Shown: piece after piece, positions 29,423 to 38,194 of the stretch
Numbering within the stretch: the stretch's first letter is position 1
Layout: every line of letters starts with the position of its first letter
Assembly (NCBI GenBank): GCA_014729135.1
Contig: WJKK01000001.1
Location: 64,593 to 128,592 of the forward strand
Direction: 5' to 3'
DNA from: a candidate division WWE3 bacterium
GTDB taxonomy: Bacteria > Patescibacteriota > WWE3 > UBA101185 > UBA10185
DNA: 64,000 bases
Made by a program: the position numbers and the translations under genes
The notes under the pieces: model-generated
Told to the model about the DNA's origin: nothing
What the model saw: only the letters and a program-made list of their open reading frames with translations
Database searches by the model: none

Positions 29423-30294
29423 CCATGTGTAATTCCATTGTTTCCAATGGCACTGACTATATCATCATCCCAATTTTTGCATTGGGAGATCGGCGTGTTA
29501 TGAAAGCGTTTATCCCCACTCATGATTATGTGAGGTAACTTCCATCTCTCCTATAAAAGGATCAGTCGATACGGGGTCATTGTAGTTTTCCGGAAATAGA
29601 ATACTTCCCGATGCCTTCTAGAAACTTAGATAGGGTACTTTTTGAAAAGTACAAACAATAAGTTCCGGCAGCAGAATATCTATATACGGATGTATTTATT
29701 CCTGTGAGTAGGGATCGATCAAGGGATAATTCCGTTGAATCGCCATAAACAATTCTACAGAAAGTTCCCTCCGGAGATATTGAACCATCTCCATCAAATC
29801 TACCCGCAAAATAGGGATAAATACATTCCTTTGCAAGATGTTTCCTATTGGAAAGAGAATATAGGAATTCTCTAACTAAAGGCCTTGAATTAACATAAAC
29901 GTGATAGGCCATTGAAACATTTTTCGAACACTTGCAAAAAGACTTTTTAAATCCTTCGAAACGCTTTGGAATCTCATTACCGTAAATACGGACTCTAACT
30001 CTCTCTTTAGGAAACCTTTCTAAAAGGAAATCTAAAGATCTATAGAGTAAGGTAAGATTCGTATTACTTAGTCCTATGCTGCTGGTTCGTAAATAACGAT
30101 CAGCACCCCAAAGACCAAGAATATAAGCATCTTCTGGATTTGTAAGTAAACTACCAAGACTTCCCACGGTATTGTCCATACACTTATATTAGCATAAGAT
30201 GTATTAGGATTTCACCGTTATTAGCCGATTTTTTCGATAGCGATTACTCGCTAAAGGGCCATCGTTGACGCAGGCCTAAGCCTGCTTTGTGCAT
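29423..30294 (-). mobile_element. Group I intron in 16S between GCAUGGCU and GUCGUCAGCUCG (E. coli ~1059/1060), carrying a LAGLIDADG ORF
   Basis: The exon junction reconstructs ...acaggtgttgcatggct|gtcgtcagctcgtaccg. The upstream exon ends in U and the intron ends in G. Shares cagtcgatacggggtcat and gatatagtcagtgc blocks with the 23S intron. Confidence 0.7.
29577..30179 (-). CDS. LAGLIDADG homing endonuclease inside the 16S intron
   Basis: MDNTVGSLGSLL N-terminus, motif 1 AYILGLWGADRYL, motif 2 YPYFAGRFDGDGSIS. Confidence 0.75.
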   Translation of the reverse strand: MDNTVGSLGSLLTNPEDAYILGLWGADRYLRTSSIGLSNTNLTLLYRSLDFLLERFPKERVRVRIYGNEIPKRFEGFKKSFCKCSKNVSMAYHVYVNSRPLVREFLYSLSNRKHLAKECIYPYFAGRFDGDGSISPEGTFCRIVYGDSTELSLDRSLLTGINTSVYRYSAAGTYCLYFSKSTLSKFLEGIGKYSISGKLQ

Positions 30295-30578
30295 AGCCAT
30301 GCAACACCTGTGTATGCTTCCTAATAAATTAAGATCGGGCACCTTTCGGATTCCTACTACAAACATGTCAAGACTGGGTGAGGTTCTTGGGTTAGCAACC
30401 AATTAAAGAGCATGCTCCACCGCTTGTGCGGGTCCCCGCCAATTCCTTTGAGTTTCAGCCTTGCGACAATACTCCCCAGGCGGCCTGCTTAACGCGTTAG
30501 CTTCGACGCTCAGTCTTAAGACCAAGTATCTAGCAGGCATAGTTTACGGCTAGGAATACAAGGGTATCTACATATTGT

Positions 30579-30886
30579 TACTATGGTTGGATTGATTACC
30601 AACTCCTCATATCGCTATGAGGATCGGACTATATCATTATCTCAACGAATTGAGATATTTGGCGTATAGTCTCTGAGGATTTCCATACTAAAGTGTCCCT
30701 TACTATGGATCTTTCCTGCTGATTGTCTGCACCGGAAGCATTTTTAGGCATTATGAATATTATAGTAATTGTTGTTACCTAATTCAATACCTAGCCCCGG
30801 ATACTCAGATGTTCCAGCATATAGCCAAATTTTAACTCTATAAGGTCGCCCTAATAGAGGGACCGATACCTTGTTGATCCTTTTCT
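30579..30886 (-). mobile_element. ORF-less ~300-nt insertion in 16S near E. coli ~770-785; putative small intron
   Basis: The exon sequence ...gacgaaagctaggggag is followed by non-rRNA sequence until ...tagatacccttgtattcctagccgtaaac resumes. Shares motifs (ttggcgtatagtctctgagg, ccagcatatagccaaatttt) with the insertion at 31150-31512. Boundaries are approximate. Confidence 0.5.
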
Positions 30887-31149
30887 CTCCCCTAGCTTTC
30901 GTCTCTCAGCGTCAGCACAGCCCCAGACAGTTGGCTTCCCCCTTGGTGTTCCTCGTGATATCAACGCATTTCACTGCTTCACCACGAATTCCACTGTCCC
31001 CTAGCTGGCTCTAGTAATACAGTATTGAAAGCAGTCTCTCGGTTGGGCCGAAAGATTTAACCTCCAACTTATATTACCGCCTACAGAACTCTTTACGCCC
31101 AGTAAATCCGGATAATGCTTGCACCCTACGTTTGACCGCTGCTGCTGGC

Positions 31150-31512
31150 TTCTGCTATAGGTTAACCCCCATACTGCAGCTTGTGAGTTATTAATTAACT
31201 CGCCTTGGACTATCTCTTCATCCTCATTCACCTTGGTTAAGGGAAAAAAGGAGTTTGGCGTATAGTCTCTGAGGGCTTTCTCATCATTAGTACAAAAACA
31301 AAATAATATTGCGTACTAAATTAGAGGTTGCCTGCTGATTGTATTGCAATCCATAAGTGGAGCGCGGTTCGCCCCTTTTCGAATTTCCAAAGGATTGTCA
31401 CTGGAGTTTAACTCCGAGTACCTTTGTATTAACAATAGTTTCCAGCATATAGCCAAATTTTCTTATCTAGTGTTACCACTAGAACTACGCACCTGGTCTT
31501 CTTTCAGACCTT
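31150..31512 (-). mobile_element. ORF-less 363-nt insertion in 16S that splits the 515F primer site (ggctaactacgt | gccagcagcagcgg); putative small intron
   Basis: Both exon halves are seen in the sequence. The insertion begins with an inverted repeat aactacgtaaggtctgaaagaagaccaggtgcgtagtt (P1-like). Related to the 30579-30886 element. Confidence 0.55.
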
Positions 31513-32140
31513 ACGTAGTTAGCCGGTGCTTTTTAACGTGAGTTTACAACCCGAAGGCATTCATCCTCCACGCGGCGTCGCTGCGTCAGACTTTCGTCCA
31601 TTGCGCAAGATTCCCGATTGCTGCCTCCCGTAGGAGTGAGGCCCGTGTCTCAGTGCCCCTCTGCCGGTACATCCTCTCAGATCCGGTACCCGTCATAGCC
31701 TTGGTGAGCTTTTACCTCACCAACAAGCTGATAGGCCACAGGCTCGTCCCTAACCGATAAATCTTTGGAGTTTCCTCCACATCGGGTATTAGTTCACCTT
31801 TCGGTGAATTATTCCCGAGTTAGGGGTAGATTCCTATGTATTACTCAGCCGTTCGCCACTAACTATTTAAGGTGTCTACCCGAAGGTAGACGATATAAAT
31901 AGTCCGTTCGACTTGCATACCTTAGGCACGCCGCTAGCATTAATCCTGAACCAGGATCAAATTCTCAAAAAAACATTCTTTTTGCCTTCAGTCCCTCGAA
32001 TAAAATTTCAAGAAACTTAAAGACAAGCGATTTTTAGCTCTATTTAGGTTTTCAATGTGCAAAATAACTAAGTCCAGTTGAAATTAGATATAAACTAATT
32101 CTAAGTAGGAATTATTTAAGCTCGTGAAAACCTAAATAGT

Positions 32141-32178
32141 TGATCAAAATGCGAGCGTACTAACGCGAGCATTTTGAA
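32141..32178. repeat. 38-bp repeat R2, ~165 nt 5' of the 16S 5' end
   Basis: tgatcaaaatgcgagcgtactaacgcgagcattttgaa, ~36/38 identical to R1. Confidence 0.6.
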
Positions 32179-32447
32179 CTACCTCAAAGGTTTCCAAAGG
32201 AAACCTTTGCGAATCCTAATCCTAGAAACCAAACTTAATTTCAATAAGGAATTTTAAAATAAACCCCTCCTGCCAAGATCATAACACACAAAAACTCCCA
32301 AACCTCAGCAATAAGGAAGATACCAAGTAAAACCAACCTCGTCAACCCTTTCTTATTGCGGCATACTTTCCACAATAATTCCCACCAGAATCTACAAACG
32401 GATACCTAAGGAGCTACTACCACCCGTAATATGAAAATCCCATACGA

Positions 32448-33020
32448 TTACACTAAAAAAGGCTCATTTTTCGCTAATAGTGTATAGGAACATGTATATT
32501 CCCCGGGCCAAGAACCATCAGGATCTCTCTCATATACTCTTTTAAAGGCATACATCTCAATCTCGGGACCTTGAAGACGGCTCTCAGCACCGCCTCTATC
32601 TGCGGCTAACTCGGAGCCTACATGTAAAAAAGCGCTGGAACCCTGAGTACCTCTAGAGCGAATGCTTATAGTCATGACCTCTAAATCGTTATCTAGCGCA
32701 TCTTTGGAGATACGCTCCCGATCTACTAGGGGGATATTTGCCTTAGCTAAAGCCCCCTCCACAGAATCCTCAAACTCCCTTTCGGAAGCAGAACCCCCCT
32801 CGACATCCCTCACAACGGGAACCAACTCCTCCCAAATACCTGCCGCCCTCTCTTCAAAAGCATCTGCCACTCTAATGCGCTCCGCGTAATCTCCCACCCA
32901 AGTAACCTCGCCCCAAAAAGGCTCAGGACGCTCCCCAGAGGCTTCAATGTCCTCTTGAAAACGTTCCTCCCCCTTCCTAACACTAGAGCGACTATTAACT
33001 TCTTTGTTACTACCTGCCAT
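32448..33020 (-). CDS. Acidic hypothetical protein
   Basis: 190 aa ORF, Glu/Asp-rich, no recognisable motifs. Local GC ~50%, above the window average. Confidence 0.4.
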   Translation of the reverse strand: MAGSNKEVNSRSSVRKGEERFQEDIEASGERPEPFWGEVTWVGDYAERIRVADAFEERAAGIWEELVPVVRDVEGGSASEREFEDSVEGALAKANIPLVDRERISKDALDNDLEVMTISIRSRGTQGSSAFLHVGSELAADRGGAESRLQGPEIEMYAFKRVYERDPDGSWPGEYTCSYTLLAKNEPFLV

Positions 33021-33103
33021 ATAATATCTCCTTTCTTGAAATAAGTATTTGATGCAAAACAGCTAGCTCGCACGGATAAATTTTAACACATTCTAAAACA
33101 ACC

Positions 33104-34324
33104 TTATGCATCCCTTCTGAGGAGAGAACGCAACCCCTTAACGAACCTGCCAGAATCTTCGCGACGCAAACTTAGAAACTCCGCATCCCGAAAATAAACC
33201 ATTAAGGCAGGACCAACTAAAGTACTCACCATACTCAAAACCACCAAAGCCGTGATCAACTTATCATCCATTAACCCAACGGAGCGTGCCGTATGCGCAA
33301 CCGCTAAAGTAGTTGACAACTGCGGAATAGAGGAAGCTCCAAAGAAAGCGCCTTCAGAAGGATTAAAGCCAACAAGCCAAGCCCCCAACCATCCACTTAA
33401 AAACTTAGAAAGGATTGAGCCAAAAACGATAAGCAAAATCAACGGCAAAGAAGAATTCACCTCAAATAAAAGAGAAACATCCGTTTGGGTTCCCACATAA
33501 ACAAAAAATGTGGGAATAAAAAAGCCATAACTTAAAGCGCGAATTTTAGCCTTTAAAACCTCGTCATCAATAGTTTCGGATAAAACTACTCCGGCAAAGA
33601 AACCCCCTACAATAGGGTGCAAACCTAAAACTTCAAACAAGATAACCGTTCCCAATAAAACCAAAAACACAGAACGAAGCTGGTCTTGAAAAGGGTCATC
33701 CCCTGCAGTTAAATCCGCTACAAAGGCCTGCAGCTTTGGGAGAAGCAGGCGTAATCCAACGACGATAGCCAACAACAACGGATAGAAAAAGTAAGGAGGC
33801 AAATTGCTTACAGGCTTAATATCCTGCAGTAGTACAGACAAAAGTATCAAACTGAGTACATCTTGTATAATACTCGTTGTAGTAACTGCCCGGCCTATTT
33901 TTAAATCGAACAAATCGTTAGCTTCTAGGGTGGGAATGACCACAGCAACCGAAGATGAAATGAAGACGGTGCCTAAAAGTAAAAGCGTTGTAAAAGAGTA
34001 GCCATAGTAATAGGCAATGGCTAAGCCGGCTACAAAAGGAATTAGGCCGTTAACTAGGGAAAGTAGAAATAGGCTGGGGGCGGATTCCTTGAAGCTGGAC
34101 AATTTTACTTCTAAGCCGGCCATAAACATTAAAAAGATTAGGCCTAAATCTGAAATAAATTCTATGGTGGAGTCGGATTCAAAAAACCCCAAACCGTGCG
34201 GGCCAATGGCTATTCCCCCTAGAATTAGGGCAGCCACCCAAGGAAGATGCAACTTTTTTAATAAGGTTGATGAAAAAAGGCCAATAAAGAGTACTAAAAA
34301 GAAGGCGGGCAGTGCTGTTTGCAT
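33104..34324 (-). CDS. Monovalent cation:proton antiporter (CPA2, Kef/NapA-like); transporter domain only
   Basis: About 12 predicted TM helices. The N-terminus LKKLHLPWVAALILGGIAIGPHGLGF is typical of the CPA2 core. Confidence 0.75.
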   Translation of the reverse strand: MQTALPAFFLVLFIGLFSSTLLKKLHLPWVAALILGGIAIGPHGLGFFESDSTIEFISDLGLIFLMFMAGLEVKLSSFKESAPSLFLLSLVNGLIPFVAGLAIAYYYGYSFTTLLLLGTVFISSSVAVVIPTLEANDLFDLKIGRAVTTTSIIQDVLSLILLSVLLQDIKPVSNLPPYFFYPLLLAIVVGLRLLLPKLQAFVADLTAGDDPFQDQLRSVFLVLLGTVILFEVLGLHPIVGGFFAGVVLSETIDDEVLKAKIRALSYGFFIPTFFVYVGTQTDVSLLFEVNSSLPLILLIVFGSILSKFLSGWLGAWLVGFNPSEGAFFGASSIPQLSTTLAVAHTARSVGLMDDKLITALVVLSMVSTLVGPALMVYFRDAEFLSLRREDSGRFVKGLRSLLRRDA

Positions 34325-34363
34325 AGGCTTATTCTAGCACTTTGGAAAAGGTAATTCCAAAAA

Positions 34364-35677
34364 CTACTCTATCTTTTCGATTTCAATTTTTTTCGTTTTA
34401 AAAAGCAGGCTCAAATTCTCATACAGCCTTTCCGGCTTGGCCACAGGCTCACAAGTCACCAAAACCACATGCACAGCATTCAACTCCGGCCAAGTATGCA
34501 CCGTTAAACTGGAAGTGGACAGCGTGTAATTAAACGTATAGCCTCCACGAGAAAAACGAGTAATATCTGTATCCACCACTTTAAGCCTGTGGTAGTCACA
34601 AAACTTGCCTAAAATCTTTTGTAGACGGTTTTTTGACGATAAAAGCGGCTCCGGAACGTCATAAAGCTTAAACGTAAAGTGCTCTACAAAGGGAAAATCT
34701 GCTGAATGAGGCTCTTGATAAGTGTAAATATTAGTAATTTTCTTTTTTAAAGGCTGATGTGTTGAGGAAAGCGTCTCCAGCAGATAGAGTGAACTGGCAC
34801 TTCCAATAGACTCTGCACCATGATAACGAGCAAAACGATTAATCTTTTCTTTTATCAGCAAATTGTACTTTGCAATAAGTTCCTGAATTTGGAAAGTCTT
34901 TTCAGGCGTTTTAAAACTGTTGCCATAGTAAAGGTAAATATGCTTTCCGGAATTTGGCCCCAAAAATTGCAAAGCCCACTCTAAAAACAACTTAATTCCT
35001 GCGGTAGTATAAGGAGGATCCGTAACTACAACATCAAAACGTCCTCTTAGTTCGGGGCGCAATTCATTTCTGGCATCATAAAGCTCTGTGCGAATGTTTT
35101 CAAAACCCTGCTCTTCCACAATGGAGTTAATCGTATCCAAGATATCCTGGTCAATATCAAAAACCGTAATTTGCGTATACGGAGTTTCAGCTAATCCCAT
35201 AACCACCGACAATAAGTCGTCCTCTCCCAACAGGGCGATTCGCTTACCTTCCAGATCGCCTCTAGCCTCCATGATTTTCACCTTTGCCACCGAAGTATTA
35301 ACCGTAGCAAAAAATTGGTCATACTCTCTTTTTGGAGCTAAATCATGCGCTTTTCGAATTTCCATGAGACGATCCTCTAGGTCAGGATCAGCAAATTCCA
35401 CGAGCGACCAAGCGTATGGTTTTGGAGCCAGTTCTTCAATTTCAGAGGTATATTCCAGTTTAAATAGAATTTCGTCCCCTTCCGGCTCTTGTAAAAGTGT
35501 GGAAATAGTGGATTTGAACCTGCGAAGCGTCTCCTTTGGAAGGCCTGTTTTTCTTATTAGAGAGGCGTTAGTCATTCCCGGATTTTTTAAAATCAGGTAC
35601 AAGATTCCCTCAATTTGAGGTTTTGAAAGACCTTTGTTTTGTTTCTGAATCTCTGTTATTGAGAGCACGGCTGACAT
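34364..35677 (-). CDS. Putative bifunctional polyamine-synthesis protein: N-terminal wHTH + DPPY-motif Rossmann domain (BpsA/DUF43-like aminopropyltransferase candidate) fused to a C-terminal SpeH-like S-adenosylmethionine decarboxylase
   Basis: N-terminal FDVVVTDPPYT within a Rossmann-like region. C-terminal ...HGAESIGSASS... and SLTVHTWPELNAVHVVLVTC resemble prokaryotic AdoMetDC (the E-S self-cleavage site and the HTWPE motif). Confidence 0.5.
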   Translation of the reverse strand: MSAVLSITEIQKQNKGLSKPQIEGILYLILKNPGMTNASLIRKTGLPKETLRRFKSTISTLLQEPEGDEILFKLEYTSEIEELAPKPYAWSLVEFADPDLEDRLMEIRKAHDLAPKREYDQFFATVNTSVAKVKIMEARGDLEGKRIALLGEDDLLSVVMGLAETPYTQITVFDIDQDILDTINSIVEEQGFENIRTELYDARNELRPELRGRFDVVVTDPPYTTAGIKLFLEWALQFLGPNSGKHIYLYYGNSFKTPEKTFQIQELIAKYNLLIKEKINRFARYHGAESIGSASSLYLLETLSSTHQPLKKKITNIYTYQEPHSADFPFVEHFTFKLYDVPEPLLSSKNRLQKILGKFCDYHRLKVVDTDITRFSRGGYTFNYTLSTSSLTVHTWPELNAVHVVLVTCEPVAKPERLYENLSLLFKTKKIEIEKIE

Positions 35678-35683
35678 TATAGC

Positions 35684-35706
35684 AGCATTCTAGTTTAAAT
35701 AGAAAT
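35684..35706. repeat. Solo copy of palindromic module B (TTCTAGTTTAAATAGAA) in the 35677 / 35749 divergent intergenic region
   Basis: cattctagtttaaatagaaatt. Confidence 0.5.
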
Positions 35707-35748
35707 TAGGGTATTGAAAATTGTTATTTTTGTGTCAAAATTAGATCA

Positions 35749-38193
35749 ATGGATGTTTGGGAAAGAATTAGGAGAATAAATAAGGCATTTTCACACGAGG
35801 CTTTGCTAAAGGCAATAAAAAAGCTTTTTATATTTTTAATGTTTGCTATTTTTTGCTTAATAATAATTCCGCAAAAAGCGTTAGCCAACTCCACAGGATC
35901 CCCCTGGGAAAGCGTGTTAGATAAAGAAAACTTAGTAAGTTTGGAAATTGCCCCTTATGGAATCTTAGTCGGCCAAAAATCGCATGCTCACTGGCAAAAT
36001 CCTTATAACGGCATTTTCATTTCCCGCGACTTTGGTAACACTTGGGAGGAATTTGCATTAGGCGGATACGGCATTATGGACACCAAAGTTGTCGACAACC
36101 GAATTTATGCTGCAGCTCACTTTTCCACGCCCATGCATCCTGCAGGACTTTATTACTCCGACGACTACGGAGCCACCTGGATTCATCGCGGGCAAGACTG
36201 GAAGGCTACAACAGTAGAAGTGGCGGGGGATACTATCTATTTGGGAACAATTTCTAATGGATTATGGATTTCCCGCAACAATGGAATTACCTGGGAGAAT
36301 GCCTTTAAATATGAAGTTAAACCCGGAACGCATATTCATAAAATTTGGCGTAACGGGGATGTGATGTTTATTAAAACCAACTCAGGCTTGCTGGTTTCCT
36401 ATGATGATGGCAAAAACTTTGAAATTAATGATCAGCTTTCTACAGCTGTTGGGAGATGTGTTTTGCTGACGCCTACAAGAATTTATGCAGGAACCCGCGA
36501 TGTTGGCCTTTTGTTTTCGGAAGATTTGGGCGCAACTTGGGAAACCACTAAAAGATTGCGTAGTTTGGACACTTCCCTTTTGGTTAAGGCCGGTCGAAAT
36601 ATTTTAGCTGCAGCTGAAACCTATGCCCCTTATGAAACTATCTATTTGTCAAAGGATCAGGGCAAAAGTTGGGCGGATACGTTAATTACGGATTTGGTGG
36701 AGCCTTATGGAATCTTGGATGTTGGTGTAATTCCGGGGGCACCTACTTCAGAAATCTTTGCGGTTGTAGCGCAGGAAGGTATTTATAAAATGGAAATTGC
36801 AAATGCACCGACTAGCTTTCCGTTTTTAGGTGATTTATGGGAAGGACAGGAATCAACAGAGTTAATTAGCACAATTACTTCCTTTTTTGATCACGAATAC
36901 CCCCTACTTGGGTACACTTCTTATTCGGAATCCGAAAATTCAGCACAAACAACAACAAACTTTCTAGGTCAACGTGAAAAAGAGCCTGTTATATATTACT
37001 CCTCTCATAACGGTTACGATTTTGGTCTAAAATACGGCACAAAAATTATTGCCCCTGCTGCAGGAATTGCCAACTATTACTACTGCCCCGCTTGTGGACA
37101 TGCTATTAAAATTGATCATCAAAACGGCTATGAAACAACTTACATGCACTTGCAGAAAGAAGATTTGGTTACGGAGGATTCTGCAGGAAATGTGGCGGTA
37201 GAGGCAGGGGATACTATTGGAAAGGTTGGAATGACAGGGAATACAACGGGGCCGCATCTTCATTTTCAGATTAAAAAAGACACCGACTATGACGGCAGTT
37301 TTGACGATGAATTTCCTACGGGTATGACGGATCCGTTTGGGTGGCAGAATAGTTTGGTGTGGGATCCATGGGCAACTTTTACCTGGCAGGATAATCAAGG
37401 ACCTCATCGGGGAAGTTCTTCGGAGTATTTGTGGGCAGCCGATTGGTCCTCATGGGAAGTTCGAGAGACTTTTAGAGAGTCGGGAGCTTTAATGGAACTG
37501 GCAGATATTCGCGTTGAAATACCGGCCACTATTAAGCCCTATCCCCTCCACATGAAAGTGCAAAAATATGCAAAAGTAACTCCACCGAATTCTAAGTTGA
37601 AATTTATTGAGGGTAGTTCTTTTATTGTGGAGGCAACGGATTTTGCAGGAGAAACTGTGCATAAGCTAGATGACTTTTTGACTTTGAAGTTTAAGGTGCC
37701 CACGGATCTATCCGAGAACGTTCTTAAAGATAGTTTGAAGTTTTTCCACTGGGATAGTCTTGAGGGGGCTTGGGAAGCTCTTACAACTAAACTGGATCCA
37801 TCAGGGGAGTATTTGCAAGCTAAGACAGATGAGATTAGCAATTTTGCAGTTTTTGGAGAGGTTTTGACACCGGCTGACGAAAGTGTAGGTGAGACAACTT
37901 TGGAGTTTGAGGCTACCGGATCAGGGAAATGGCTACAGGAGCCTCCATTGGTGACGTTGACAAATGCTGCGGGAAATCGTGTTTTTTATGCCGTTGGGAA
38001 AGAAAATGAGTACTGGCAGGAATATACGGAACCTTTTGTTGTAGAAAATGAAGGTGTTGTTGAGGTGCGCTTTAGAGCATTGGATGAAGCGGGAAACGTG
38101 GAAAATACTAAGGCACAAACTTTTTACATTGATCCTTCACGGGAGGTGCTTGGAACGGTAAAAATTGAGAATGCAAGGTTTACAGTGCAATAA
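35749..38193 (+). CDS. Secreted/anchored Asp-box (BNR-type) beta-propeller + M23 (LytM) metallopeptidase + C-terminal Ig-like region
   Basis: N-terminal TM/signal. Six S-x-D-x-G-x-(T/S)-W repeats (SRDFGNTW, SDDYGATW, SRNNGITW, SYDDGKNF, SEDLGATW, SKDQGKSW). M23 motifs HNGYDFG (HxxxD) and GPHLHFQ (HxH). Confidence 0.8.
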   Translation: MDVWERIRRINKAFSHEALLKAIKKLFIFLMFAIFCLIIIPQKALANSTGSPWESVLDKENLVSLEIAPYGILVGQKSHAHWQNPYNGIFISRDFGNTWEEFALGGYGIMDTKVVDNRIYAAAHFSTPMHPAGLYYSDDYGATWIHRGQDWKATTVEVAGDTIYLGTISNGLWISRNNGITWENAFKYEVKPGTHIHKIWRNGDVMFIKTNSGLLVSYDDGKNFEINDQLSTAVGRCVLLTPTRIYAGTRDVGLLFSEDLGATWETTKRLRSLDTSLLVKAGRNILAAAETYAPYETIYLSKDQGKSWADTLITDLVEPYGILDVGVIPGAPTSEIFAVVAQEGIYKMEIANAPTSFPFLGDLWEGQESTELISTITSFFDHEYPLLGYTSYSESENSAQTTTNFLGQREKEPVIYYSSHNGYDFGLKYGTKIIAPAAGIANYYYCPACGHAIKIDHQNGYETTYMHLQKEDLVTEDSAGNVAVEAGDTIGKVGMTGNTTGPHLHFQIKKDTDYDGSFDDEFPTGMTDPFGWQNSLVWDPWATFTWQDNQGPHRGSSSEYLWAADWSSWEVRETFRESGALMELADIRVEIPATIKPYPLHMKVQKYAKVTPPNSKLKFIEGSSFIVEATDFAGETVHKLDDFLTLKFKVPTDLSENVLKDSLKFFHWDSLEGAWEALTTKLDPSGEYLQAKTDEISNFAVFGEVLTPADESVGETTLEFEATGSGKWLQEPPLVTLTNAAGNRVFYAVGKENEYWQEYTEPFVVENEGVVEVRFRALDEAGNVENTKAQTFYIDPSREVLGTVKIENARFTVQ

Positions 38194-38194
38194 C

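Larger units (their letters stand above)
28968..31975 (-). rRNA. rrs: 16S rRNA (~3.0 kb) interrupted by three insertions; mature ~1.47 kb
   Basis: 3' end ggatcacctcctttct (anti-SD). Conserved blocks map to E. coli 1400, 1340, 1240, 1050-1070, 900-960, 790-890, 500-540 and 340-360. 5' end tttgagaatttgatcctggttcag. Confidence 0.85.

Noticed and set aside
29000-31600. ORFs 28887-29171, 31001-31231, 31344-31541 within the 16S gene
   Set aside because: They lie in 16S exon sequence or in the ORF-less insertion elements, with no motifs. Only the 200-aa LAGLIDADG ORF is credible there.
32810-33073. 87-aa ORF overlapping the acidic hypothetical gene
   Set aside because: It overlaps CDS 32448-33020 in another frame with no support.
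35088-35618. 176-aa ORF antisense within the polyamine-fusion gene, and 40546-40899 / 41059-42663 ORFs antisense within the P-type ATPase
   Set aside because: They are fully embedded antisense to long, motif-rich genes and have no motifs of their own.
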